A stretch of 27,768 nt of DNA, taken from Burkholderiaceae bacterium (lineage in GTDB: Bacteria; Pseudomonadota; Gammaproteobacteria; Burkholderiales; Burkholderiaceae_C). Location of the stretch: positions 1 through 27,768 of the forward strand of contig DATDES010000166.1 in NCBI GenBank assembly GCA_036522975.1, given 5' to 3'. How positions within the stretch are numbered: the stretch's first letter is position 1; every line of letters begins with the position of its first letter. The position numbers were made by a program, and so were the translations under genes. Shown here piece after piece: positions 9,046 to 17,021 of this stretch. Below the pieces are notes generated by a model. It saw only the letters and a program-made list of their open reading frames with translations. It did not search any database and had not been told where the DNA came from.

Positions 9046-9876
9046 TCAACCTTTGAGGCCGCCCTGCGTCAAGCCACCGACCACGCGCTCCTGAAAGATC
9101 GCAATCAGCACGGCAATCGGCACGATGGCCACGATCAGGGCGGCCGAGATGATCGGCCAGGGAAAAGTGAACTCGCCCTGGTACAGCGTGATGCCGACCG
9201 GCAGGGTGCGCATCGACGCGCTCGAGTTCAAGGACAAGGCGAGCAGGAATTCGTCCCAGGCATTGACGAAGGCCAGGATGCCGGCCGTGAACACCCCCGG
9301 CGCGGCCAGCGGCACGACCACACGCCACAACGCACCCATGCGTGTGCAGCCATCGATCATCGCAGCGTTCTCGAGGTCCTTGGGGATGCTCTGGAAGAAG
9401 CTCACCAACACCAGGGTGCAGACCGGCAGGTTGAGCACGATGTAGGGCAGCACGAGCGCGGTATAGGTGTTGAGCAGCCCAAGCGCGCGCATGGTCTCGA
9501 AGATCGGCACCAGCAGCGTGACCAGCGGGAACATGCTCGATGCGACGATGCAGGTCAGGATCAGCTGCCGGTGCTTGAGGTTCAGGCGCGCGATCGCGTA
9601 GGCGGCCAGGGCCGAGACCAGCAGCGAGAAGACCGTCGCGCTCAGGGCCACCGCCAGGCTGTTGCCCAGGTACTTGAGCAGGGGCTGGTCGGTGAAGGCC
9701 TGGACGTAATTGGCCAAGGTCGGGTTGTGCGGCCAGTATGTGATGGGCTTGCTGACCAGCTCCGATTCGGTCTTCAGCGAGGTGAGCAGGATCCACACCG
9801 CGGGAAAGAAGCCGTTGATCACGACCAGGCCGGCCGCGATCAGGCGCAGCGACTTGGCATCCCAAAGGCTCCTCAT
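9046..9876 (-). CDS. Carbohydrate ABC transporter permease (MalG-like)
   Basis: Multiple TM helices; SIPKDLENAAMIDG EAA motif; FVNAWDEFL; LPVGI. Confidence 0.92.
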   Translation of the reverse strand: MRSLWDAKSLRLIAAGLVVINGFFPAVWILLTSLKTESELVSKPITYWPHNPTLANYVQAFTDQPLLKYLGNSLAVALSATVFSLLVSALAAYAIARLNLKHRQLILTCIVASSMFPLVTLLVPIFETMRALGLLNTYTALVLPYIVLNLPVCTLVLVSFFQSIPKDLENAAMIDGCTRMGALWRVVVPLAAPGVFTAGILAFVNAWDEFLLALSLNSSASMRTLPVGITLYQGEFTFPWPIISAALIVAIVPIAVLIAIFQERVVGGLTQGGLKG

Positions 9877-9957
9877 GACGACCCCCAAGACGCCTGCGGC
9901 GTCGGCCCCCCGAGGGGGCGCGTTTCGTCTCGAGGCGGCTCGGCGACGAAACTCATG
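9872..9957. repeat. 80-bp triple-hairpin element (copy 2) flanked by a CTCATG direct repeat
   Basis: CTCATG at 9872-9877 and 9952-9957; stems GACGCC-TGC-GGCGTC (9889-9903), GCCCCC-CGA-GGGGGC (9905-9919), GTTTCGTC...GACGAAAC (9922-9952). Confidence 0.8.
9873..9956 (-). other. 27-aa element-derived mini-ORF (MSFVAEPPRDETRPLGGPTPQASWGSS) bridging the two permeases
   Basis: Its ATG overlaps the upstream permease TGA (ATGA at 9956-9953) and its TGA overlaps the downstream permease ATG (ATGA at 9876-9873); translation is untested. Confidence 0.45.
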
Positions 9958-10855
9958 CGTTCTTCCCGATGCGCTTCAAGTAGAACCCGGTCACGAACAG
10001 CGAGAGCACGAACATGCACACCGCGAGCGTGCTGCCGTAACCGACGTCGAGGTAGTCGATCGTGGTCTTGTGGATCAGCATCGCCAGCGTCTCGGTGCTG
10101 TTGCCCGGGCCGCCCTTGGTCATCGTGTACGGGATGTCGAAGGTCTGCAGCGCGGTGATGGTGCGGAAGATCAGCGCGACGATGATCGACGGCATCAGCA
10201 TCGGGATCGTGATCTGCCAGAACTGCTGCCACTTCGACGCGCCGTCGACCTCGGCCGCCTCGTAGAGCGATTTCGGGATCATCTGCAGCCCTGCCAGCAG
10301 GATCAGGGCCATGAAGGAACTGGTCTTCCAGACGATCGTCAGGCAGATCGCCGCGAAGGCCCAGTTCGGCCGCAGCAGCCACATTGCCGGCTCGCTCGGC
10401 GCGGCCACCCGGCGCACCACGTCGTTGACGACACCGTACTCGGTGTGGAAGAACCACGCGAAGATCAGGCCGGCGAATGCCAGCGGCAGCGCCCAGGGCA
10501 GCAGGAGGGCCAGGCGCACCGGCCACTTGCGTTTGAACGGCAGGTTGGCCAGCATCGCCAGGCCCAGGCCGACGACCAGCGCGCCGGGCACGGTGATCAA
10601 GGTGATCAGCACCGTGTTCTTGGTGGCGTTCCAGAAGTCCGGGTCCTTGAGGACGAGCGCGTAGTTCTCGAAGCCGACGAACTTGAAGCCGCCGCCACCC
10701 GACAGGCGCAGGTCGTAGAAGCTGTTCCAGATCAGCTTGGCGATCGGATAGACGACGATCAGCGCCAGCAGCAGGAAGGCCGGCGCGAGCAGCATGACGC
10801 CGAGCGTCTTCTCGCTCGGGTCACGCAGTCGATCGACAGTGCTCGCGCCCGCCAT
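9953..10855 (-). CDS. Carbohydrate ABC transporter permease (MalF-like)
   Basis: LLLAPAFLLL, FVGFENY, LLLPWALP, IPKSLYEAAEVDGA EAA motif, TKGGPG. Confidence 0.92.
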   Translation of the reverse strand: MAGASTVDRLRDPSEKTLGVMLLAPAFLLLALIVVYPIAKLIWNSFYDLRLSGGGGFKFVGFENYALVLKDPDFWNATKNTVLITLITVPGALVVGLGLAMLANLPFKRKWPVRLALLLPWALPLAFAGLIFAWFFHTEYGVVNDVVRRVAAPSEPAMWLLRPNWAFAAICLTIVWKTSSFMALILLAGLQMIPKSLYEAAEVDGASKWQQFWQITIPMLMPSIIVALIFRTITALQTFDIPYTMTKGGPGNSTETLAMLIHKTTIDYLDVGYGSTLAVCMFVLSLFVTGFYLKRIGKNA

Positions 10856-10867
10856 GCCCGCCGCCGC

Positions 10868-12142
10868 TCAGCGCATCACTCGGGTCAGACGCGACTCGAT
10901 CTCGTTCACGCCCTCGGCCGGGGTCTTGGTGCGCGCCAGCACCGCGCTGGTCGTGGTGCGGATGATGTCGCTGACCTGACCGTAGTCCTTGCTCATCGGG
11001 CGGCTCTTGCCGGCAATGACGACATTGGCGGCGTCCTTGAACCAGGGAACCACCTTGGTCACGTCGGCATCGGTGTAGACGCCGGGGTAGGTCGCCAGCA
11101 GCGAGCCTTCGACGGCGAGGAACTTGCTCGACTCGGGGCTGGCCAGGTGCTTGACGAGGTTGGCCGCCGCCTGCTTGTTCTTGCTGAAGGCGCTGACCGC
11201 CCATTGCCAGCCGCCGACGCAAGTCGCGCTCTTGCCGCCGGTCATCGCCGGCAACGGCATCACGCCGACCTTGCCCTTGACCTGCGAATCGGCGTCGTCT
11301 TTGAAACGGTCCCAGGCGAAGCCCCAGTTGATCGCGAACACGACCTGGCCGGCCTTGAATTCGTTGACCGTGTCGGGGGTCTTGACCTCGGCGACATTCT
11401 TCTTGATCACGCCGGCGTCGACCATCGACAGCCACTGCGTCAGCCCCTTGGTTGCCGCACCCTTGTCGAGCGTCATCTTGCCGGCCGGGTCGTTGAAGTC
11501 CTTGCCCTGGCCCCAGTAGGGCAGCAGGAACGTGCAGACGGCGCCCTCGATCGGCGCGCCCTGGATCGACAGGCCTTGCAGGTTGGCATTGCTCTCGGCC
11601 TTCTGGATCTTGGCCGCCGCGGCCGTCAGTTCGTCCCAGGTCTTGGGCTCCGCGACGCCGTACTTGTCGAGCAGGTCCTTGCGGTAGTACATGAACATCG
11701 CATCGGCAAAGGCCGGCATCGCGGCGATCTTGCCGTCGACGACGTTCGACGTCGCATACACCGGCAGGTAGGGCTTCATCACGTCGGCCGGCTTGCCGAT
11801 GTAGGCATCGAGCGGCTCGAGCCAGCCCGCCCCGTAGTACTGCGCCGGGTTGACGATGTCGATCAGGTAGATGTCGATCGCCGGGTCCTTGGCGTTGAGC
11901 ACGGTGCTCAGGTACTGGCGCTGCAGCTCGCTGGTCGCGCCACCGGTCTCGATCTCGACCTTGACGTTGGGGTTCTTGGCCTGGTACTGGTCGAACAGCT
12001 TGCGCATCAGGTCCGGACGCTGGTTGGCGCCGCCGGAGAACACGCGCAGCGTGGTCTGCTGGGCGAAGGAGGTGACGCTGAATCCGACGCCGGCCAGGAA
12101 GGCGGCGAGGGTCAATGTCGTGAGGGATTGGCGGCGCTTCAT
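10868..12142 (-). CDS. smoF: ABC substrate-binding protein, SmoF-like SQ/SQ-glycerol binding protein
   Basis: Sec signal peptide, AAGGAG RBS; ETGGATSELQRQYLSTV, PAFADAMFMYYRKDLLDKYG, IEGAVCTFLLPYW, TCVGGW, SRP and ESRLTRVMR align with recalled Agrobacterium SmoF. Confidence 0.8.
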   Translation of the reverse strand: MKRRQSLTTLTLAAFLAGVGFSVTSFAQQTTLRVFSGGANQRPDLMRKLFDQYQAKNPNVKVEIETGGATSELQRQYLSTVLNAKDPAIDIYLIDIVNPAQYYGAGWLEPLDAYIGKPADVMKPYLPVYATSNVVDGKIAAMPAFADAMFMYYRKDLLDKYGVAEPKTWDELTAAAAKIQKAESNANLQGLSIQGAPIEGAVCTFLLPYWGQGKDFNDPAGKMTLDKGAATKGLTQWLSMVDAGVIKKNVAEVKTPDTVNEFKAGQVVFAINWGFAWDRFKDDADSQVKGKVGVMPLPAMTGGKSATCVGGWQWAVSAFSKNKQAAANLVKHLASPESSKFLAVEGSLLATYPGVYTDADVTKVVPWFKDAANVVIAGKSRPMSKDYGQVSDIIRTTTSAVLARTKTPAEGVNEIESRLTRVMR

Positions 12143-12185
12143 CGTTTGTCTCCTTGGGCTGGGGCTGGGACGGGAAACCCGGGTG

Positions 12186-13259
12186 TCAAAGGGCGGCGCC
12201 GCTGCCGGCGTCGAACAGGTGCAGGTGGCGCGGGTTCATGTGCACGGCCAGGCGCGTGCCGGGCGGGTCGCGAAACGCGGCGTTGCAGCGCGAGACCATC
12301 TCGGCCGCGCCGATCTTCAGCGACACCAGGGTCTCGGCGCCCAGGGGTTCGAGCAGCGAGACCTCGGCCGGCACGGCCAGGTCGCTCTCGCTCTGCCGGG
12401 CGAGCGTGATGTTCTCGGGCCGGATGCCGAACTTGAGCTTGGCCGCTCCGTTGGCGCGCGCCGCCAGCTCGGGCGGCAACGCGATCTCGGTCCCGCCGAG
12501 GTCGGCCCGCCCGCCCCGCAGCGCGCAGTCGGCCAGGTTCATCGGCGGCGCGCCGGTGAAGCCGGCGACGAACACCGCGGCCGGGTGGTTGTAGATGTTG
12601 TCGGGCGTGTCGTACTGCATCTTCCTGCCGGCCGACAGCACCGCAATGCGGTCGGCCATCGTCATCGCCTCGACCTGGTCGTGGGTGACGTAGATGATCG
12701 TCGCGCCCAGGCGCTGGTGCAGACGCTTGATCTCGCTCCTCATCTCGTGGCGCAGTTGGGCATCGAGGTTCGACAGCGGCTCGTCGAACAGGAAGACCTT
12801 GGGCTGGCGCACGATGGCGCGACCGATCGCCACGCGCTGGCGCTGCCCGCCCGACAGCGCGGCAGGCTTGCGCTCGAGCATGTGGTCGATCTTCAGCAGC
12901 TTGGCCGCGTCCATCACGCGGCGCTTGATTTCCGCCTCCTCGGTTCCGCGCAGGCGCAGGCCGAAGGCCATGTTGTCGTACAGGTTCTTGTGTGGGTACA
13001 GCGCATAGTCCTGGAACACCATCGCGATGTCGCGCGCGCGAGGCGGCAGGTCGTTGACGACCTTGCCGTCGATGCAGACGTCGCCGCCGGTGATCGTCTC
13101 CAGGCCGGCGATCATGCGCAGCAGGGTGCTCTTGCCACAGCCCGAGGGCCCGACGAAGACCACGAATTCGCCATGCTGGATCTGCAGGTCGATGCCGTGG
13201 ATGACTTGCGTCTTGCCGTCGTAGCTCTTGACGACGCCCTTGAGGTCGACCGCCGCCAT
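12186..13259 (-). CDS. Carbohydrate ABC transporter ATP-binding subunit (MalK/UgpC-like)
   Basis: GPSGCGKS Walker A, LSGGQRQR signature, FLFDEPLSNLD, YVTHDQ; ATG 13259 overlaps the aldolase TGA. Confidence 0.95.
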   Translation of the reverse strand: MAAVDLKGVVKSYDGKTQVIHGIDLQIQHGEFVVFVGPSGCGKSTLLRMIAGLETITGGDVCIDGKVVNDLPPRARDIAMVFQDYALYPHKNLYDNMAFGLRLRGTEEAEIKRRVMDAAKLLKIDHMLERKPAALSGGQRQRVAIGRAIVRQPKVFLFDEPLSNLDAQLRHEMRSEIKRLHQRLGATIIYVTHDQVEAMTMADRIAVLSAGRKMQYDTPDNIYNHPAAVFVAGFTGAPPMNLADCALRGGRADLGGTEIALPPELAARANGAAKLKFGIRPENITLARQSESDLAVPAEVSLLEPLGAETLVSLKIGAAEMVSRCNAAFRDPPGTRLAVHMNPRHLHLFDAGSGAAL

Positions 13260-14080
13260 CAGTAGGCTCCCGAACCGGTCTGCGTGCCGCCCGCCAAGGT
13301 GTGCACATGGGTTTCGCCGTCGGGCGTGGTGAGCGCTTTCACGGCCGCTTGTGCGCCGCGCATCAGCAGTCCCAGGTCGCTGCCGATGGCCACATAGTCG
13401 AAGCCCATCGCGCGGTACTGGACGACGAGCTCGGGCGTGCCGCCGACGGTGCCCACCGGCATGTCCACCGCCTTGCAGCGGCGCGCCGCGTCGGCCATCA
13501 CGCGCATCACATCGGGATGGGTGGTGTTGCCGGCGTGGCCGAGCGCGGCCGACAGATCGCCGGGGCCGAGGAAGAGGGAATCGACGCCCGGCACCGCGGC
13601 AATCGCTTCGAGTTGCGCCACCGCGGCCGGCGTCTCCAGTTGCAGCACGGCGCCGACGGTCTTGTTGGCCGTCTTGGCGTAATCGGGCACGGTGCCGAAC
13701 TTGGAGCCCCGGCTCATGCCGGCCAGGCCGCGATTGCCTTCGGGCGGGTAGCGCGTGGCGGCCACCGCGCGCCGGGCTTCGTCGGCGTTCTGCACGAAGG
13801 GAATCAACAGGGTGTGCGCGCCGGCATCGAGCACCCGCTTGATGCTGACGGTGTCGTTCCAGGGCACCCGCACGATCGGCACCATTTTCGTATTGCCGGC
13901 CGCCTGCAGCAGATGAATCACCTCCATCATGTCTAGCGGCGTGTGCTCCATGTCGATCACGCCCCACTGGAAACCGGCGTGGCCCATCGCCTCGGTGACG
14001 ATGGGGCTGGCAGCCATGATCCACGTGCCGAGCGGCGCGTGGGATCCGGCGGACTTGAGCAACTGGCGTAGCGGGTTCAT
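13259..14080 (-). CDS. sedD: HpcH/HpaI class II aldolase, probable 2-keto-3,6-dideoxy-6-sulfogluconate (KDSG) aldolase
   Basis: IDMEHTP, VRVPWND, KRVLDAGA, RYPPEGNRG, QLET, FLGPGDLS; GAGG RBS before ATG 14080. Substrate is from context. Confidence 0.75.
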   Translation of the reverse strand: MNPLRQLLKSAGSHAPLGTWIMAASPIVTEAMGHAGFQWGVIDMEHTPLDMMEVIHLLQAAGNTKMVPIVRVPWNDTVSIKRVLDAGAHTLLIPFVQNADEARRAVAATRYPPEGNRGLAGMSRGSKFGTVPDYAKTANKTVGAVLQLETPAAVAQLEAIAAVPGVDSLFLGPGDLSAALGHAGNTTHPDVMRVMADAARRCKAVDMPVGTVGGTPELVVQYRAMGFDYVAIGSDLGLLMRGAQAAVKALTTPDGETHVHTLAGGTQTGSGAY

Positions 14081-14095
14081 GACCGGGTTCCTCAA

Positions 14096-15838
14096 TCAAT
14101 AGATGACCGGCTCGGGTGTACTGGCCGCACCCTGCAGGAAGTCGAAGTCGCAGCCTTCGTGGGCCTGCGTCACGTGTTCGCGGTACAGGCGCACGAAGCC
14201 GCGGCTCTGAGGTGCGGCCGGCGCCCTCCACGCGGCGCGACGGCGCGCCAGTTCGCCGTCGGCAACATGCAGGTGGACGCGCCGGGCCTCGATGTCGATC
14301 TCGATCTCGTCGCCGCTGCGCACGCACGCCAGGGGCCCGCCGACCGCGCTCTCGGGGCTGACGTGGAGGATGCAGGTGCCGTAGTGGGTGCCGCTCATGC
14401 GCGCGTCTGAGATGCGCACCATGTCGCGCACCCCTAGCGCGAGCAGTTTCTTCGGGATCGGCAGGCCGCCCCATTCGGGCATGCCCGGGGCGCCGACCGG
14501 ACCGGCGTTGCGCAGGACGAGCACTGTGTTCTCGTCGCAGGCGAGGTTCGGGTCGGCACAGGCCCGGTTCATGTCGGCCGGGTCATCGAACACGAGCGCG
14601 GTGCCCCGGTGCTTGAAGAACTTCGGGCTGGCTGCACTGGCTTTCATTACCGCGCCCTCGGGTGCGAGGTTGCCGCGCAGCACGGCCAGCGCGCCACCGG
14701 GACTGACCGGCCGGTCGAGCGGGCGGATCACTTCGTCGTCGAGCACCGCCACGCCCTCCAGGTTATCGCCGAGGGTGCGGCCGTTGACGCAACGCTCGCC
14801 CAGCGACAGCTGCGCCCTGATCCGGGTCATCAGCGCCGGCAGGCCGCCGGCGTAGTGAAAGTCTTCCATCAGCCGGTCGCCGCTCGGGAACAGGTTGGCC
14901 AGAACCGGTACCTTGCGGCCGACGGCATCGAGGTCGTCGAGCGTGAGTTCGACGCCGGCGCGGCGCGCCATCGCGATGATGTGCACCGCGGCATTGGTCG
15001 AACCGCCCAGGGCCATTTGGACCGCTGCGGCGTTCAGGAACGCGCCGCGGGTCAGGATCGATTGCGGCGTCAAGTCGTCCCAGACCATCTGGACAACGCG
15101 CTCGCCGCAGGTGGTGGCCATGCGCACATGGCCGGCATCCATGGCCGGGATCGCGGTCGAGCCGGGCAGTGCCAGGCCGAGCGCTTCGACGATCGAGGTC
15201 ATCGTGCTCGCGGTGCCCATCGTGTTGCAGGTGCCCGGGCTGCGGGTCATGTGCGCTTCGAGTTCGATCCATTCGGCCTCGCTGACCTTGCCGGCCTGGT
15301 ACTCGTCCCAGAACAGGCGCGTGTGGGTGCCAGCGCCTACTTTGCGCTCGGCTTGTCCGGGCTTGAGGTAGCGGTCGTTCAGCATCGGCCCGGCCGCGCA
15401 GAAGATCGTCGGCAGGCCCATGCTGATCGCACCCATCAGGGTGCCCGGCGTGGTCTTGTCGCAGCCGGCGAGCAGCACGACCCCGTCGATCGGCAGCGAG
15501 CGCAACAGCTCCTCGACTTCCATCGCCAGGAAGTTGCGATAGAGCATCGTGGTCGGCTTCACCATCACCTCGCCCAGGCTCATCGCCGGCAGCTCAAACG
15601 GCAAGCCGCCGGCCATCAGCACCCCGCGCTTGACCGCTTCGGCGCGCTCGCGCAGGTGGGCGTGGCAGGGTGACAGCTCGCTCCAGGTGTTGACGATCGC
15701 AATGCACGGCTTTTCGAGCACATCCTCGCGCCGCAGGCCCATCTGCTGGGCGCGCTGGCGGTGCGCGAAGGCACGCATGTCACGCGCGGCAAACCAGCGC
15801 CGGCTGCGCAGATCGGCGAGCGTCTTCAGGCGGCTCAT
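14096..15838 (-). CDS. sedC: IlvD/Edd-family Fe-S dehydratase, probable 6-deoxy-6-sulfogluconate dehydratase
   Basis: NTWSELSPCH, GCDKTT, GTCNTMGTAST, GGSTN; RAFAHRQR, GEVMVKPTT, GAGTHT and RMSGTHYG match the recalled P. putida SQ1 SG dehydratase. Confidence 0.78.
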   Translation of the reverse strand: MSRLKTLADLRSRRWFAARDMRAFAHRQRAQQMGLRREDVLEKPCIAIVNTWSELSPCHAHLRERAEAVKRGVLMAGGLPFELPAMSLGEVMVKPTTMLYRNFLAMEVEELLRSLPIDGVVLLAGCDKTTPGTLMGAISMGLPTIFCAAGPMLNDRYLKPGQAERKVGAGTHTRLFWDEYQAGKVSEAEWIELEAHMTRSPGTCNTMGTASTMTSIVEALGLALPGSTAIPAMDAGHVRMATTCGERVVQMVWDDLTPQSILTRGAFLNAAAVQMALGGSTNAAVHIIAMARRAGVELTLDDLDAVGRKVPVLANLFPSGDRLMEDFHYAGGLPALMTRIRAQLSLGERCVNGRTLGDNLEGVAVLDDEVIRPLDRPVSPGGALAVLRGNLAPEGAVMKASAASPKFFKHRGTALVFDDPADMNRACADPNLACDENTVLVLRNAGPVGAPGMPEWGGLPIPKKLLALGVRDMVRISDARMSGTHYGTCILHVSPESAVGGPLACVRSGDEIEIDIEARRVHLHVADGELARRRAAWRAPAAPQSRGFVRLYREHVTQAHEGCDFDFLQGAASTPEPVIY

Positions 15839-15874
15839 CGGCAGGGGAGGGATTTCGAGGATCGCATCGGCTGG

Positions 15875-15888
15875 TGTTACCGCTAACA
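15875..15888. promoter_or_regulatory. Palindromic LacI/GntR-type operator TGTTA-CCGC-TAACA in the divergent promoter region
   Basis: Matches the ATGTTA-N4-TAACAT consensus of the LacI-family gluconate repressor GntR; 37 bp upstream of the dehydratase ATG and 41 bp upstream of the regulator ATG. Confidence 0.75.
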
Positions 15889-15929
15889 TTAATGGGTGAG
15901 CGACCTCGCTACCACCCGAGCAAACCCGA

Positions 15930-17021
15930 ATGCCCCCGTCGAATCCCTTGCCCGCCCGTGCCGCGCCACGTCAGCCACGCCGCGGTCACGGCCGAGCCAC
16001 CTTGGCCGACGTGGCCGCCGCCGCCGGCGTCACCGCGATCACCGTTTCGCGTTACCTGCGCGAGCCGCACCGCGTCGCGCCGGCCACCGCCAGCGCCATC
16101 GCCGCCGCTTTGCAGCAGACCGGCTACCTGCCCAACAAGCAGGCCGGCGTGCTGGCCAGCGCCGCCAAGGCAGCGCCGGGCGGCGCTCGGATGGTCGCGG
16201 CCCTGATCCCGAGCATCGCCAATTCGATCTTTGCCGAGACCGTGCAGGGTCTGGCCGATGCGCTGCAAGGATCAGGGTGTGAGTTGTTACTCGCTTCGAC
16301 GGGCTACTCGGTCGATCGCGAAGAGGAACAGTTGCGCGCGCTGCTTGGCTGGTTCCCGAGCGCCCTGGTGGTTACCGGCCGGCGCCACACGCCCGGCGCA
16401 CTGGCCCTGTTGCGCCAGGCGCGATCGCGCGGGACGCCGGTGATCGAGATCTGGGACCATCACCCCGAGCCTGGCGCGGAAAGCTTCACCCAAATCGGGT
16501 TCGACCACGAACAGATCGGCCGCGCGATGGCCGAGCACCTGATCCAGCGCGGGCACCGCTCCCTGGCCTATGTCGACAGCGGCGTGGCCGAGGACTTTCG
16601 GGCTCACGAACGCGGCGACGGCTTCCTGGCTGCCGCCAAGCGCCGTCGCATCCCGGCGCGGCGCTTGACGGCGCCGGCCGGCGAAGCCATCGAGGCCGGG
16701 CGCCTCGCCCTTGCCGGCCTGCTCGATCCAAAAGGCCGCCTGACCGTGCGTGCCGCCGCCTTCGCCAATGACCACCTGGCCTGCGGCGCGCTGCTCGAAG
16801 CGCGGCAGCGCGGCCTGGCGCTGCCGCAGGACCTGGCATTGCTGGGCTTCGGCGACTTCAGCCTCGGCCGCCAACTCGACCCACCACTGTCCACCGTGCA
16901 CACGCCGCGCTTCGAAATCGGCCAGGCGGCGGCGCGCGCGCTGCTGCAGGCCCTGCACAGCGGCCAGGCCGCCGCCGATCAACGCCTGCCCTGGACCCTG
17001 ATCGCCCGTGGCAGCAGCTGA
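15930..17021 (+). CDS. LacI-family transcriptional regulator (GntR/IdnR-like), probable repressor of the SQ operon
   Basis: HTH TLADVAAAAGVTAITVSRYL, GYLPNKQAGVLAS, IPSIANSIFAETVQG, PVIEIWD, LLGFGD, PPLSTV. Confidence 0.9.
   Translation: MPPSNPLPARAAPRQPRRGHGRATLADVAAAAGVTAITVSRYLREPHRVAPATASAIAAALQQTGYLPNKQAGVLASAAKAAPGGARMVAALIPSIANSIFAETVQGLADALQGSGCELLLASTGYSVDREEEQLRALLGWFPSALVVTGRRHTPGALALLRQARSRGTPVIEIWDHHPEPGAESFTQIGFDHEQIGRAMAEHLIQRGHRSLAYVDSGVAEDFRAHERGDGFLAAAKRRRIPARRLTAPAGEAIEAGRLALAGLLDPKGRLTVRAAAFANDHLACGALLEARQRGLALPQDLALLGFGDFSLGRQLDPPLSTVHTPRFEIGQAAARALLQALHSGQAAADQRLPWTLIARGSS

Noticed and set aside
9710-12409. 899-aa antisense ORF over the ABC genes; likewise 7233-9056, 4691-6331, 19274-21109 and 21729-23111
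   Set aside because: Antisense or frame-shifted shadows of well-supported genes; stop-codon scarcity is expected at this GC content
5282-15838. Reading the cluster as an oxidative xylose/arabinose (Weimberg or Dahms) pathway
   Set aside because: The same enzyme families are involved, but the SDR, dehydratase, binding protein and Gfo/Idh/MocA protein all carry SQ-type motifs, and there is no KDX dehydratase or alpha-ketoglutarate semialdehyde dehydrogenase. Not formally excluded without searches.
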